Positions 1 to 13,619 of a stretch of 64,000 nucleotides of DNA are shown in pieces; the stretch's first letter is position 1; the number at the start of each line of letters is the position of its first letter. The DNA lies in NCBI GenBank assembly GCA_030704615.1, contig CM060732.1, positions 29,574,001-29,638,000 on the forward strand, in the 5' to 3' direction. The DNA comes from Takakia lepidozioides. Its lineage: Eukaryota > Plantae > Bryophyta. Below the pieces are notes generated by a model. That model did no database searches. It had not been told where the DNA came from and was given only the letters and a program-made list of their open reading frames with translations. A program made the translations under genes and the position numbers.

Positions 1-3000
1 TGCATGAAATCATCCAGATACTCATGAAAAGATTCACTTATCACTCTCTGAAAGGTCGCTGGTGCATTACAAAGTCCAAAGGGCATGACTTTGTATGCAT
101 AAGCCCCCCAGTCTGTGATGAAAGCTGTTTTCCCTTGGTCTTCTTCTGCCACTTGCACTTGATTATAACCACTGAAGCCATCCATGAATGAGTACATCTC
201 ATGGCCTGCCACAGTGTCTAATACTGCTTCTGTGAATGGCAAAGGGAAAGGATCTTTCTTCGTACAAGCATTCAGCTTCTTATAGTTCACACATACTCTT
301 AGTTTGCCATTCTTCTTGGGAACTATAACAATGGGTGACAACCAAGTTGTATACTCTATTGGGTATATAAACTTAGCCTCAGCCAACTTCTTTATCTCTC
401 TTCTCCAACCTTCTGTGCGTAGTTGGGATTCATTCTATACCTCGCCTGCTTGATTGGTACTGACCCTGGTTCCAGTTCAATCTTATGCTGACAGACTTCA
501 GGTGGTATCCCTTTTAGATCCTCATAGCTCCAAGCAAATACATCTCTGTATTTGATGAACAAGCTTTTAGCTTCTTCGAAGAATTCCGGCTCCAAATCAG
601 CTCCTACTTTCACCATCCTCGGTTCCTAGTTCCCACATTTACTTCTCTCACCTGCTCATCAGCTGTGATTGTCCAACCAGTCACCACTTCATCCTGTAAG
701 CTCACAGTGGCTGGTTTCTTCTAGGATTTCTATTTCTCCTTCTCTTCTTCATAGAAATGTGATGGGTAAATGCTGGTTTCCTCTCTTCAGTTGGTGTTGC
801 TGTCACTACACCACAGCAGATACCTCTCAAACAACTTAGGCTTTCCAGCCGCATCTCTGCAACCTGCTCCCACTCTGGGTGTGCAGCAAATAGGGTAGCT
901 TCCTGCTCCTCATCCAGTCCTCCTCTCCAGTCATACTCTCTGACTCCTCGAGGTCTTCTTGTAGCAGGTAATCTACTAGATTTCTTTGTGGTAATTTGTA
1001 TCTCGTGTATCCCATTATGCACGTAACTGAGAATTCCAGTCATGGAATACCCTGGCCTGTTTCAGCCACGGACGTCCCAATAATAAGGAGTAAGCCTCCA
1101 TGACTTCATCCATTTTTAATACAGTTACTGTGATCATAAAGATCATTTTCTGTATCTGTATCTTAACTCCTCTTATTAATCCCAATGGCTGTACACTTCT
1201 TTGATCTGCCATTGTTACTGTAAATGGGGCTGGTTTCATGTTACTTAGACCAAGCTTCTTCCTTAATTGGTCTGTCATGATATTTACTCCAGAACCACCA
1301 TCTATCAGTACATCAGTTAGTTCTGTGCTTCCAATTCTCAATTGGATTACTGGCATAGAATCATCAAAGTCCATGACTGGTTCTCGCCTTCCGGCTTCAC
1401 ATTATAACTGGTCACCTTGCTGTTCAGGTCTGTGTTTCCTGTCTCTTGGGCAATTCGATTGATTGCTTGATACAGCCTGTGCCTACAATAAGGTGCCACA
1501 GCTAATAGCTGTCCAATGGTAATTTCTGCTTTGGTCTGACATATTACTTCAGCCAAAGTCTCTTCATTACTTTGCATGTCTGCATCTTTTTTTTTTTCCT
1601 TTCTTCCTCACTCCCTTCTTTTTCTCCATCCGAATCAGAGGAATCTGCCACAGGAATATCAGTACTCTTTTGCATTTCCCTTATAGTATCTGCCACTTCC
1701 TTGTGCAGTTCCTTCTCATCTTTCCAAGTCTCTTCATCTTCAGGCATATCATTGCCACTTCCAGTCTCATCTTCTTCCTCTTCTACTGAGGTATTAGTTT
1801 GGCTTTACTTCTTGTTACTATCATTGTACTTACTTCTGGTACAACACATGGCCTAACCATGTGAGCTGCCACCACTGGGCCCTCATTCACAGGAGCTCTC
1901 ATCTCATTCTGGTGTCTTATCCAGAATGAACAGGCTGCCTTGCGATGTCCTGGCTGATTACAATAGTAACATAGCTCTTCACCATTGGGTCCTCGCCCTT
2001 GGTCTGTTCTTGGATTATTTCTATAATCCTGATTCCCGGGCTGGTAATTCCCCCTTGGATTACCCTGATAGTTGCCTCTGGAATTTCCTTGGTAATTCCC
2101 TCTTGAATTACCTCTCCCTTCCATGCCATTGTTATAACCACCAGACCTACCATAGTGGTCCTGATCATTGTTTCTTCTTGGCTGGGGCTGCACCTGATGC
2201 ACCCTTACTTGCCTAGGTTCTCTTGCAGCTGTCCTTCTGTTGTAGTAACAATTCTCAGTAGAATGGTTATCCATTTTACAGATAGTACAGTGTTTCTCCT
2301 TCATGTGGCATTCTGTGGTGGTATGGCCTTCATTCTGGCACTTTGCACACCATACACCCTTCCTCCAATGTGTTGCAGCCTCTGTGGCATACTTCTTCAA
2401 GATTTCTTCCAATTTTTTTTCATAGTTATCCCTCTTCAACTTCTCCTTTCTCTTACTCTTTCTTTTTAGTTCTTGCTCTTCTTCTTCATCTGACTCATCC
2501 TCAGAGTCCTCATCTTCTTTTTTTCTCTCTCCTGAGCATTCCCAATTGCTCAATTCTGTTCGCAGTTTCAAAATGCCTCCTCCACTGTGTTTGGGGTAAC
2601 ATATCCACTTTCTTTTGCAACCTCTGGTCTTAGTCCACTCACAAACCAAGTCTTCTGTAAACCGGGTGCTGGTACTTGCAGGCCAGCTTTTCATCATCAA
2701 TTCCTCTTCTTCCATACTCTCTCAACAGTTTCATGCTTCTTCTGCTTCAGCTGTTTGTAAACTTCCATACACTTCATCCCAGTTTTACTGTCCTGAACCT
2801 ATTTCGAATGTTGTTATTCAAGCCATTCCAGGTTAGGAAATGATTATCAGGAACTCTTGCATACCATCACTTGCTTTCTTGATAAGTGAACAAGGAAACA
2901 GTCTCATCTTGGCATCATCGCCATTCTCATTGTTCACTATACACATGTGCTCAAATTGGCTAATGTGTACATCGGGATCCCCTTTCCTGAATATATTGAA

Positions 3001-4466
3001 AGGGTGGTTTTGCCCGTGTTGGTTTTAACGCCATCTGTGGCCCTACCTTCTGCCCACTAACAGGTGCTGGCACCCGTGCTGGTGCTGTCCTTCTGGACCT
3101 GTTGTTTTTGTGGTGGATCTTCCACCAAGTGGTGGCCCTTGAGCACTCCTTGCTTCTGGCCCCACGATATTCACAGTATTCCCAGCTTCAGTTGCACTAC
3201 TTCCCACACTCCCCTGTCCCCCAGAGCCAGATCCAGGCAGCCCGCCTGATCCCCCTGAGCCGACACCTTCGTTGGCCTGTGATCCAAGTGCTCCACTTGA
3301 TCCAGGTCCAAACGGGTTGGGATGTCCTGGTTGTAGTCTCAACCTCAGCTGTTGGGTCTACTTCTCATATTCTCCTCTTCTAATTTCTTCTCTCTGTTTT
3401 CATCCTCCAAGTTCTGCCCTTGGGTTTTCTTCTTCACTCATGTAACTCAACTGTAATGGTGTTGGAGAGTCTGAACTCTCCGTTGGCTCTGCCACATCCT
3501 CTTCTCCTTCTTCATCTTCTGCTTCAGAAACTGGAGTTCCTGCTTTTGGTGTTCCATGCCAACTCTTATCAAAGATTTCTGTCAAGTCTTTTATCAAGGA
3601 TTTACCTCAGATCTTTCACCTCGTGATTGATTCTTCTCTCTGTACCAATTCCCTTAATCTTTCTTGCAAAGAAACAGAAGGAGTGGCATCCAACTCTAGT
3701 TCTTCCGGTATAGGTGATGCACTCTTTGATCTTGATGGTGTGAGAGGTCCAGATGATTCCCCTATGTCTATTCCTCTCTCCCAAAGATATGATAATTAGC
3801 TTTCAGATAGCTTTCTCTTTTGCTGAATCTCTGTCGTCTAGCTTCTCTTTCATCACTCATGTCCCATGTCTTTCATTTCTTTTAATGTGCAATAACCAAA
3901 ACTCTCTTCTGTAATATCTCTCGTATATGCCTGGGTTTCTTTCAAGCTTCAATGCACCCTTGGCTATACTTGAAGTCTCCGTTACCATATAACCATATGG
4001 CAAACAAGTCTGAAAAGCTGTTCTTGGTGTGAGTTTGATCCACAAAATATCCTTTGGAATCCAATTCTTTACCAGTACAAGCTCTTCATGCATATGAGTA
4101 TAAACATTCACCTTTCTTCTTTCCCCAGCCTTCAAACTCTACTCGTTTAATGGATAGAAATGCTATCACATAAACCAATGTTGGTAACCAACGTGCTCTT
4201 CCTCTACAGGCTACCTGATAAATCTTTATCACTCCTTTCTCCAGACCCCATTCTGGATCAGCATCATGCACTCGTTTAAGAATATTTTCTTACAACCGTC
4301 TGGCAATTCTAAGAACCTTTGAAAGAATTGTTTGGACAATCTTTCTTCCTTCGTTCCACAGGGAATTTGATTCACTTCAAATTCTTTAATGGTCCAACCA
4401 CCATGATCCCACCAGATGCCTGTCACATCTGGTTGTTCATGTCTCAGGTCCCCAGTATGGTCGCCA
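1..4466 (-). mobile_element. Ty3/gypsy (Tat/Ogre/Athila-like) retrotransposon internal region, degenerate: extra 5' ORF, gag, protease and RT N-terminus; runs off the left window edge
   Basis: Minus-strand RT motifs in 1-616 (SPIVIVPKKNGKLRVCVNY...DGFSGYNQ...MPFGLCNAPATFQR). Aspartic protease VLIDGGSGVNIM at 1015-1374. Gag with three zinc knuckles (CAKCQNEGHTTTEC, CTICKMDNHSTENC, CYYCNQPGHRKAAC) at 1783-2715. Multiple frameshifts and stops. Confidence 0.92.
4449..4466 (-). promoter_or_regulatory. Primer-binding site of the gypsy element (tRNA-Arg type); the 5' LTR ends at 4469
   Basis: Minus strand reads ...CGCGACA-TT-TGGCGACCATACTGGGGA: an LTR-terminal CA, a 2-nt spacer, then a TGGCGAC...CTGGGGA PBS of the form seen in Tat/Ogre elements. 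Confidence 0.7.
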
Positions 4467-5092
4467 AATGTCGCGCGGCTTTTACTCACCCATCCCTTCG
4501 CTATTCGAGGCGGAAACTCCAAGATTGAAGAGTTGGAAATCTCTAAGTACTCAGCCCGCGCAGAACAATCAGTCATGACCTACAGCTAGTGTATCATGGG
4601 GTTGTTTCCTATTTGTTTCCCTATGGTATTCATGTTAACTATCTTACCATTGATAATTAAGTATCAGTTTGCTTTATCAATCTATGGGATTCCATCAACT
4701 CATCCATTCATTCCACAGCTTCACTCAGATCTCTCTACACAGTGTGATTGTATCGTAAAAGTATCCGATTATGATTTATCAGGTATCAGGCCGAAGCCAT
4801 TGTGTCTCTAATCTACTCTACAATATCATTACGCCTTGCTATATCAAGCATCTACTCATCATCTCTCTATCTTCACTTCCGTTCTTCATCTCTGCCCGAT
4901 CCCCTCTCCTCCCTGACCCAGAAGTCCTCCTCCGAATGATGTCCCTCAATTCCCCGTTTCTCCCTTTATCTTCCTCTCCGCGGTTCTAACCGTTTCCCTC
5001 GCTAACCGTCGTCTGTGAACTAACATGTTCCCTTCGCAGGTGTTGTTCCCCACAGTCGTTCCCTGTCCTACTCTTCGTTCCCTATGATCGTG

Positions 5093-5345
5093 ACCGCTGT
5101 GTCAAGCTGTGACTGGCTGTGTGAAACTGTGACGGGCTGTGACTGGCTGTGCGACTGTGTTTGGCTGTCGGCTGTGACTGGCTGTGTGGCGTGTCGGCGC
5201 GGCTGTGTCTGTGACGACTGTGACGGCTGTGTTGGCTGTGTTGGCTGTGTCGGCTGTGACGACTGTGACGGGCTGTGTTGGCTGTGTCTGCTGTGACGGG
5301 CTGTGTTGGCTGTGTCGGCTGTGACTGCTGTGACGGGCTGTGTAA
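5093..5345. repeat. Degenerate tandem repeat of roughly 10-bp GGCTGTG(A/T)C units, probably inside the 5' LTR
   Basis: Directly visible repetition (ggctgtgt/ggctgtga/gactgtga). Confidence 0.85.
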
Positions 5346-6554
5346 CCCCCCTCTACAGTGCGCTGCTGTCACCCCTAAGGTTCCTCTTGGCCTCAGTCTG
5401 TGCAAAAATTAAGGGTACCCTACAGATCCCGTATAAGTGTCTAAGTCCCCCACAGTCCTCTAACAAATAGAAGCCCGACCAAGCAAGATCTAATCCTGAT
5501 CCATGCTATCAACTGCCAGACTTCTGTCAAAGTGCCTCGCTCTGCATGATGGTAAGGTGTAGGAGGTATATCTATGTCCAGAAACCTGCCACTAACCTTG
5601 TCCCAAGCTACAGTAGCTCGCTCTAACCAACCCTCCTCTTCTTTCTGCCAGGTAGAGACAAAGCAATACTCCCCTATCTCCCGCTCACTGAACACTAAAG
5701 AAAACAACGGTAGGGTCTGATAGTCTCTCAACTCGAAAGCTTTGAGACGTTTGCGGGTGTCCTCATTGCGAATGACTGCATCTCCCTCAAGCAAAACAAA
5801 CTTGTCATTGCTAATGAACCCCCCGCTCATGGTTGCCTTGTGCAGAGTGTGTCCGGCTGCAACCATGTCTGATTGCACAAACTTGTGTAGCTTCTGCTCC
5901 TCTGCTCCAAGCTCATATCAACAGTACACACCCCTGCTCAACATGCTTAGCACCCCATAGGCTTCCCTCAACCTCTACACTCTAGTGAAACAGGATACGG
6001 CCAAGATGAGCAACAAAGACGAAGGCTCTGCTCAGTTGAGCCCAATCGAAGGGGACGAAGAAGTCAGCGACATGCACATCTCTGACGAGAAATACTTCGC
6101 TGACGACCAAGCACTCCAAACCAAGTCCGCACGAGGCCAAATAGTGACCACCAACGATCGCCCCAGGAAATGCAATCATACAAGACCGAGTTTTCTCCAA
6201 AACCTTTGTAGTTCAGATCGGCAAGTTAGGTTTTTGAGAGAGATTTCGTTTATGCATTTTTTTTATTGTTCCTCGCCTAAATTGCGTATTCATCGCGCCA
6301 AACGAACCCTCCCATGAGCACGTTGTAGATGACTGTTTGTGGTATTGTTTGCACGGTCCTTTCGGTTGATCCAGTGTGATCGCTGCATTTGTGCTAAATT
6401 GGTGAGAATCTAAAGCAACACGAGTTTTCAAAACCATGCCGGGGTATCTACAAGGAAGCAGGATAGCCACAGCCAGGTGAAATTGGTTGCTCGGGAGGAC
6501 CGCAGATAGAAAGAAAGAAACTATACACGATCTGAATGAGTACAGGTGAGAGTG

Positions 6555-6925
6555 GGACATGCACTGGAAGCAAATGAATGTTATGATGTCGGGCTGTACC
6601 CCTCCCTGTTGCATTTGTACATACATCTCAAAAGCCTCCCTACCACAACCATGCTGAGCATATCCTGCACTGATTTAGCTCCATGAGACCACATCTTGTC
6701 GAGCCATATTGTCAAACACCATGCGTCCTCCATGCTTCCGTATTTGGAATACATGTTGGCAAAGACAGTCTCAAGAGGGATATCTGGCCCAACCAGCTTT
6801 GATGATCTCAGCATGGACCTCCTTGCCCTTTTTCAACAGCTCCTAGGCTGGCACATGCGTTCAGGACGCAAGTGAATGTCACCCTGTCTGGAGTCACCCC
6901 TTTCTATATCAATTGCTCATACAAC
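6555..6925 (-). pseudogene. PLS-class PPR gene fragment
   Basis: Frameshifted motifs MYSKYGSMEDA, MQQGGVQPDIITF, and GDSRQGDIHLRPE as an out-of-frame PDRVTF motif. Confidence 0.8.
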
Positions 6926-7619
6926 CCTTCTTAGAACCCTGTGTAGGAGCTTTCCGGATGTTTTTCCCTGCAGCCATGACGGACACTATGAACGGGAGCT
7001 TGGCCTTCAACGCTACTGCCTGTGTGCGCTTCGAACATACGATTGTGATCTGCCCACCAAGCCAAGGTGTCTGCCACTGTACTCCCCCGCTGCACGGATG
7101 GCATGCAGCTCAGTCTTTCAACCCGTTTTCTTCTGGTGGAATTCCGGCTTAGGCGGGGAGCTATCTCTGGAGCTCGCGCTTACCACCCTCCTACAACTGG
7201 CAACGAGAGAAACCCTACCAGCTGCTATAGGACAGTGGTTTCAGGACCTTCGTCCAAGTAGCTATGGATCCTTTACCCTGCACAGCCTTTCGACAAGATC
7301 ATTGCGATCGAGGTCTGTCCTCAGAACCTCGCACTCGAACTAGATCGCAGCTTGCTTCCGCAGGTAGCTTGCAAGTGTGGAATCCCATCTTCCCCTTACA
7401 GCCATAGGTTATGGTGAACACATTCTTCTGCTGCCCCCCGAATCAACTTCCTCCAAAATACATCGCTCCTGTGCAACAACAACAAAACGGAAAACACTTC
7501 TTGGACGAGATTGGTATGGCTTATGACGAGTTGGAGAACTACGTTGTCATCAAGCATGCCGCTCTCTTCACCTCGACCATCGACATAGTGCTAACATAAA
7601 AGAACTCTATCTAGCTTAG

Positions 7620-7637
7620 CACTACAAGAAAAAAAAC
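7620..7637 (+). mobile_element. CACTA (En/Spm) left terminal sequence, unpaired
   Basis: CACTACAAGAAAAAAAA at 7620. Confidence 0.45.
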
Positions 7638-8006
7638 TAGACAGGTGATCTCTCTCGAGTGATAGAAAAGCTAAAGAACACATTCTTGACACAAGAAACA
7701 TGAAATCCATCGCTATCACTTTTTAAGATAATAGTCAAGCCAGGGGCACCCCAAGCTATGGGGACTCCACCCCACATCAACCTATACCCCTACATACGCA
7801 CACTCAGATTCTAAAGCGTGAAGGAGCTCGGTCGCGCAGGCTCAACTCGAGAGAGATGAGCTGCGCGACTGACGCTCTCGTGAGGATAAGATGGTTCAGG
7901 TGTCAAGCTCAAACTTGACACCTGACTTAACACTTGAACTAAATCCAAGTGTTAAATACAAATAACTAGTTTTATTCTAGTTAGTTTCATACTGTATTTA
8001 TTTAAC

Positions 8007-9400
8007 TTGACAAACACTATACATTCTTCGACCAAACAAACTCCATTTTTCTCCAATTATGGTCATCATCCTCGAGTAAACCCTTTCCACATGAAGACTG
8101 TTGGAAGCCCTGTTGTAGAAAATCTTGCTACTCATCTTGCTATGATTCACAAGGAGCTTACATTCCACCTCGCAGAAGCTCAAAAACAATACAAGGAGTA
8201 TGCAGATCAACGTCGCCAACTCCAACCCCAGTTCAAGGTCGGAGATCGGGTGTGGCGTCTTCGACGTGACTTACAAACCTCGCGACCATCAAGAAAGTTG
8301 GATTATCAACGCCTGAGACCATTCAAAATTATTCGACAAATAAATCTGGTCAGTTTTCGGCTTAAACTCCCACAAAGTATGCGCATCCATCCAGTCTTTC
8401 ATGTTTCATTATTGGAGTTGTATCATCCATCGAATATTTGAGGGAGAGTCTCCGTACCACCTCCACCAATCGAAGTCAATCAAGAAATTGAGTATGAAGT
8501 CGACAAAGTCCTAGACTCTCGCATCAAATATAAACGTCTTGAGTATTTCGTACATTGGAAAGGCTACGATATCAACGAACGAACGTGAGAACCTTTATCC
8601 AACCTCGCCAATGCATCTGACAAAGTCCAAGAGTTTCATCAAAGATATCCAGCTAAGCCCCGAGCTACACATCAGTAAGACGTCACAACGATGATGTCAA
8701 CCAAGTTAGCTTCAAGATGAAGACCCCACATTCAATGTACCTGATACACGCTAAGGAGGGAGGAGCACCACACATCAGTATATATAGCTACACTTCCAGC
8801 ACTCTTGCATCTTGTATTGACAACATAGAGTCACAGGAACCAGATACATTGGAGCTGTCGCTTACCCAACTACCAGATCAGCCGTTTCGACTCTCACGAC
8901 CTTCAACATCATGCCGACGCTCTCGAGACGATGGGCCACCAATGCGACGCGTACTTCCTCGTCTGACCCCGTATGACGGTAAATGAAGCCTACTCGAAGT
9001 TTGATAATTCTGTTGGAGGTTGAGGCTTTCGAACCCAAAGGGCAACGAAATCATGTTTGAAGGCAGCTTCGAAAATCAGAATGCTCAAATCATTGCGTGG
9101 TCCCAAGTTCAAGGTGTTGGACACTATCGATGGTTGCAGGGACCTATAAATCATTTGAGTCAAGAACAAAGAGCCGAATATTTGGCAAGTACCATTCGCC
9201 GGATTTTGGATTTTCTCCAACTCTAAGCAAGTCCAAGATTTTACCGCTCCTCGAGGAACTCGGCGCTAGAGGAGGGGGTGATGTCACGGACATAGCCCAG
9301 AAGAACTTACCAGGAGTAAATACCAGAAGTTATCAAATTACCATGTTACCGGAAGTTACCATGACTTACCGTGATTTACCATGATCTACCATGATTTACC
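8007..9400 (+). mobile_element. Chromovirus (Ty3/gypsy) 3' fragment: integrase C-terminus, chromodomain, PPT and start of the 3' LTR
   Basis: TPFFSNYGHHPR...FKVGDRVW...RPFKII...IHPVFHVSLLE (GPY/F module). After a stop, EYEVDKVLDSR...EYFVHWKGY...EPLSNL (chromodomain, about 8490-8660). Purine tract AGAGGAGGGGGTGA followed by TGTCACGG at 9282. Confidence 0.9.
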
Positions 9401-9949
9401 ATTAATATGGATAAAAAAATATCGTGTCATATAATGCCACGTGTTCTAGTTCGAGCAGGGTTTATGCCACGTGTCATCAAGAATGTTCTTTGAAAATAAT
9501 TTAATAGTTTATATTTGTATTTTTAAAATTTAAAATTTATATTAAAATTTTAAAACAGGGGAATAATACCTTGGAAAATTTTATTAAATGCTATTATTGT
9601 TTAATTTAATAGTATTATAAAAAATAAAAAATAGATTAAATGATTTAAATTCTTCATTACATGGTGAAATTCCGATATAAAAACAGAATGGACCTCTCCT
9701 GCATACTAGCAACCACAAGATAATCAAAATAGATAAGTATAGGGGAATACACGCCCTGTAAATTATATTAAAAAAATCCAAATGAGACCAATGTCCCAAT
9801 GGACATCTGGCCACAAGGTCCAAAAATTCATGCCTGAAAAAGCCCAGTAAGCAAAAAATAAGCAAGCCCACACATGGGCTGAATTGTTGTTGTATTAGTT
9901 TGTTCTGGTGCTACTAGAATCAAGGACCCTGTTATATAGAGCAATACTT

Positions 9950-12900
9950 CTTGATATGGCCGATCCTGATAAGAGGAAAAAACAGGGTGAAATGTGTTGA
10001 AAAAGGTGTCTTGATTAACAGTGCATGATTTGATCAATTGTGCCGCTGTTGCTGCAGCTTCCAGTTGACCATCTACCCATGCAAGTTTCTTGTACCTATC
10101 CTTCCACGGGGAATCATAGGTAATCTGGAGCTTGAAATCTGGCCCTCTTGGATGAATCTGGACCCACACTCTATCCCTGCTCCTTCAGTTATCCATGGCG
10201 CCCCTGCACAAATCATGCATATACATCCTCGCCTTGTTGCTAGCAGCTGACAATGACAGCCTAGAATTGCTTGAGCAAACACCCCAACCCTACTTATCAC
10301 ACTAGTTCCTATGTTGACTTGCGTCTGCTTCCAACAGGCATTTACCTTTTGCCTCGATTGTTCCACCATTGACTGAGGTCGGAAACGTATTTATTCCGGA
10401 GCTTCTCCTCGAGTCTCTGTTATCTATTTTTCGATACTTTCCTGTCGACCACATTGGCAGTAACATGTCAAAATCACTCCCCACCATAGATCCACCAACG
10501 AGTTAACTTGCAGAATTCAACATGAAAATTTAGGGACGACTTTGATAGCAGGGGAAAACAGGGTGAAATATGTTGAAGAAGGTACCTTCATTATCAGCCC
10601 CTTGTTCTATGAATTGTGCTGCTACCGCTGCTGTTTCCAGTTGACCATCTACCCACTTGTAGCCGCTTTGCTATTGAAGAAGGTGCCCCCTTCCCATCAT
10701 TTGATCATAGGTCTCCAAAGCCTCCATACCATGTCCCCGCTCTGCATACCCTGTAAGTATCGCGTTCCATGACACCACATCTCGTTCATCCATAGTGTTG
10801 AAAACTCCCTTCGCATCGTTAATGCACCTACATTTGGCATACATGTCCACCAGGGCAGTGTTCAGAATGACATCTAGTACAATTCCAGCTTTGACGATGT
10901 CACCATGGATCTCTTTCCCCTTTTCCAGAGCTCCCATGCTTGCACACGCATTGGAAACACAAACAAATGTGATCTGGTTGGGCTTCACCCCTTTGGGCAA
11001 CATTTACTCATAGGTATCCAAAGCATTCCTACCAACCCATGCTTGGTAAATCCTACCAACATTATATTCCACGTGATCAAAGATCGTTGAGGCATTCTGT
11101 TAAACACTTAACTAGCATAGATGTACACCAGGGGAATGTTCAGAATGACATCTGATACAATTCCAGCTTTGATATAATGTTACCATGAACCTCTTTGACC
11201 ATTCCCAGGGGCTGCTAGGCTCGCATATGCATATTATAAACACAAGTGAACATGACCTGGTCTGGCTTCATCCCTTCCCACATCATGTGCTCTTAGGTTT
11301 CCAAAGCATTCATCCCATACCCATGCTGCACATACCTTGCAATCATGGCACTCCAAAACACCACATCTCGGTCAGCCATATTGTCGAACTCTCCCTTCGC
11401 ATCAGGCTTGCTGCACCCACATTTGGCATACATGTCCACCAGGGTAGAGTTCAGAAGGACAACTGGCATGCACTCTCTTGGCAGGAATAGCTGAAGGAGC
11501 ATGGATGGAATGTGGGTTCAGATTCATGCAAGAGGGCGTTCAACTTTCTATACCTTCCACGATCAGATCATATCGTCAACCTAAGTCTGAAACTATGGAT
11601 ATATTCAGCTTGACTTCATACTGATAAACTAAGCACTCCACTGCTTTCTAGTACAAATCGACACCCTACCTTTGCTGGCTTATGTACACAATAATCTTAG
11701 TGTCACGTCAACGAGGACCTATGAATTGTACTTCTAGCCATCGCTAGTTTAGATACTCTGTACACCTTGAGAGTTTCTGAACCGAAAGGTTCTCTCTCAC
11801 TATCCATTGAACTTCAGCTTTCAGTGCGCACCCCGCACCCATGATGGACTAGTCTCTTCTAAACACCAAGCACCGCAACGTTCAGCCCTACCATACATGC
11901 TCTTAGTTCAGAAAAAATGAAACCCATGACGCCCTTACACTTCAAACGAAGACTCGCTTCAAGCACAAAACTACCTATGATTCTTTGCCTTGCCCCCTAT
12001 AAACCAAGGAAACAATTCAGCAAAATCTTCAGATACTTAGCTCTGTCTCTTGCATGAGTGCTAAGGAAGAAATCTTGCAAGCATCGCGTTCCACGATACC
12101 ACATCTCGTTCAGTGCCTGATTTTATCCATTATGCCGCTGCTGCTGCGGCTTCCAGTTGACCATCTGGTTCTTGTAGCTATCCTCCACTTTGAATCATAG
12201 GTAATCTGGAGCTTGTAATCCGGGCCTCTTGGATGAATCTGGACCCAGAATCTATCCCTGCACTCCTTCAGCTATCCATGCCTGTGTACAAATCGTGAAT
12301 ACATCCTCAGCCTTGGCTGCAGCTAGTAGCTGAAGCAGCTGACACTGACGCCCTAACCCTACCTACAGTAACATGTCAAAATCACTCCAAAACCACCATA
12401 TATCCACCAACGAGCTTCTCCTAATCTATGTTATCTGATTTTGGATACTTTCCTGCTGCCACATCGGCAGTAACCTGTCAAAGTCATTCCTAACCACCAT
12501 AGATCCACCCAACGAGCTAACTTACAGAATTCAATATGCATCTCAGGGCCGAGTCTGATGATAGGGTAAAACAGGCAGAAATAGGTCGAAGAAGAAGGTG
12601 CCCTCACCACATTGTCGACCTTGACCTTGTGTCATGACCCATGGAGGATTTGACAGACCATCAACCCAAATAACCTCTTGTGTGTGCTGCTTGTGTCTGT
12701 AGTCAGGAACTGTCGGATTGGTTTGTGAGAACCACCATGGTGCAGCTGAGCGGGTAGAGATTGAAACACGGCCTGCTAAGACCAAGCTGACTCTCCCAAG
12801 AACCTTGTAAACATAAAGAAGAATACCAAATCATGGTACTAACATGAGCCAAGAGCCCACATTTGCAGGATGGACAAACTTCTTCACATCGTACATTAAG

Positions 12901-13530
12901 AAAAAGCCACTGTTGTGATCGCGGTTGTCCCACCATCGTGAAGGATCTGTAAAAAACTCGTGCCAGCTCTGCTCTGCCGAGCAATTCAGGGCCGAGTCTG
13001 ATGAGAGGGAAAAATACGCTGAAACAGGTCAAAGAAGAATCAGGCTCGCACAGGCATTGCATCTTCAAACGTGACCAAGTCTGCCTTTACCCCTTCCCGC
13101 ATCATTCGCTCATAGGTCTCCAATGCCTCCATCCCACATCCATGCTGGGGCATATCCAGCGATCATCACACTCTAGGACACGACATTTCGTTCAGCCATA
13201 TTCTCAAACACTCCCTTTGTATCCTCAATACTGCCACATCTGTCTCTGTTACTTGTTTCTGGATACCCTAAATTTGACAATGTCACCATGGACCTTTTAC
13301 CCTTTTCTAGGGCTGCTAGGCTCGCACACACATTGCAAACACAAACGACCGTGACCCGGTCCGGCTTCACCCTTTCCCGCATTATTTGCTCATACGTCTC
13401 CGAAGCCTCTATACCACGCCCCCGCTATGCATATCCTCGCCCTTCCTGCATCATTTGCTCAAGAATACCATCCCACGCCCCTGCACATCCTGTGATCATC
13501 GCGTTCCATGCTCTAGGCTCGTGGATGCTA
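9950..13530 (-). pseudogene. Cluster of shuffled PPR fragments interleaved with OSB/PDF-motif-like fragments
   Basis: PPR: GVKPNQITFVCVSNACASMGALEKGKEIH...VDMYAKC...DVVSWNAILTGYA (10671-11003); also 11293-11460 and 13065-13520. PDF-like: HPRGPDFK (about 10150 and 12230) and PDYRHKQHTQEVIWVDGLSNPPWV (about 12630-12710). The pieces are internally duplicated. Confidence 0.8.
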
Positions 13531-13619
13531 AGAAAACATATGGTGTGGCGGGAGACAAAAAAGAGGCCAAGTCCGAGCCCTCTGTTCACGGCTACCCTAA
13601 TGGGCAACCCTATAAGCAA

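Noticed and set aside
5082-5405. His/Ser- or Cys-rich ORFs
   Set aside because: They are translations of the GGCTGTG tandem repeat.
6324-6452. Mini solo LTR bounded by TGTAGAT...ATCTACA
   Set aside because: Only a 7-bp inverted repeat, no TSD and no second copy in the window.
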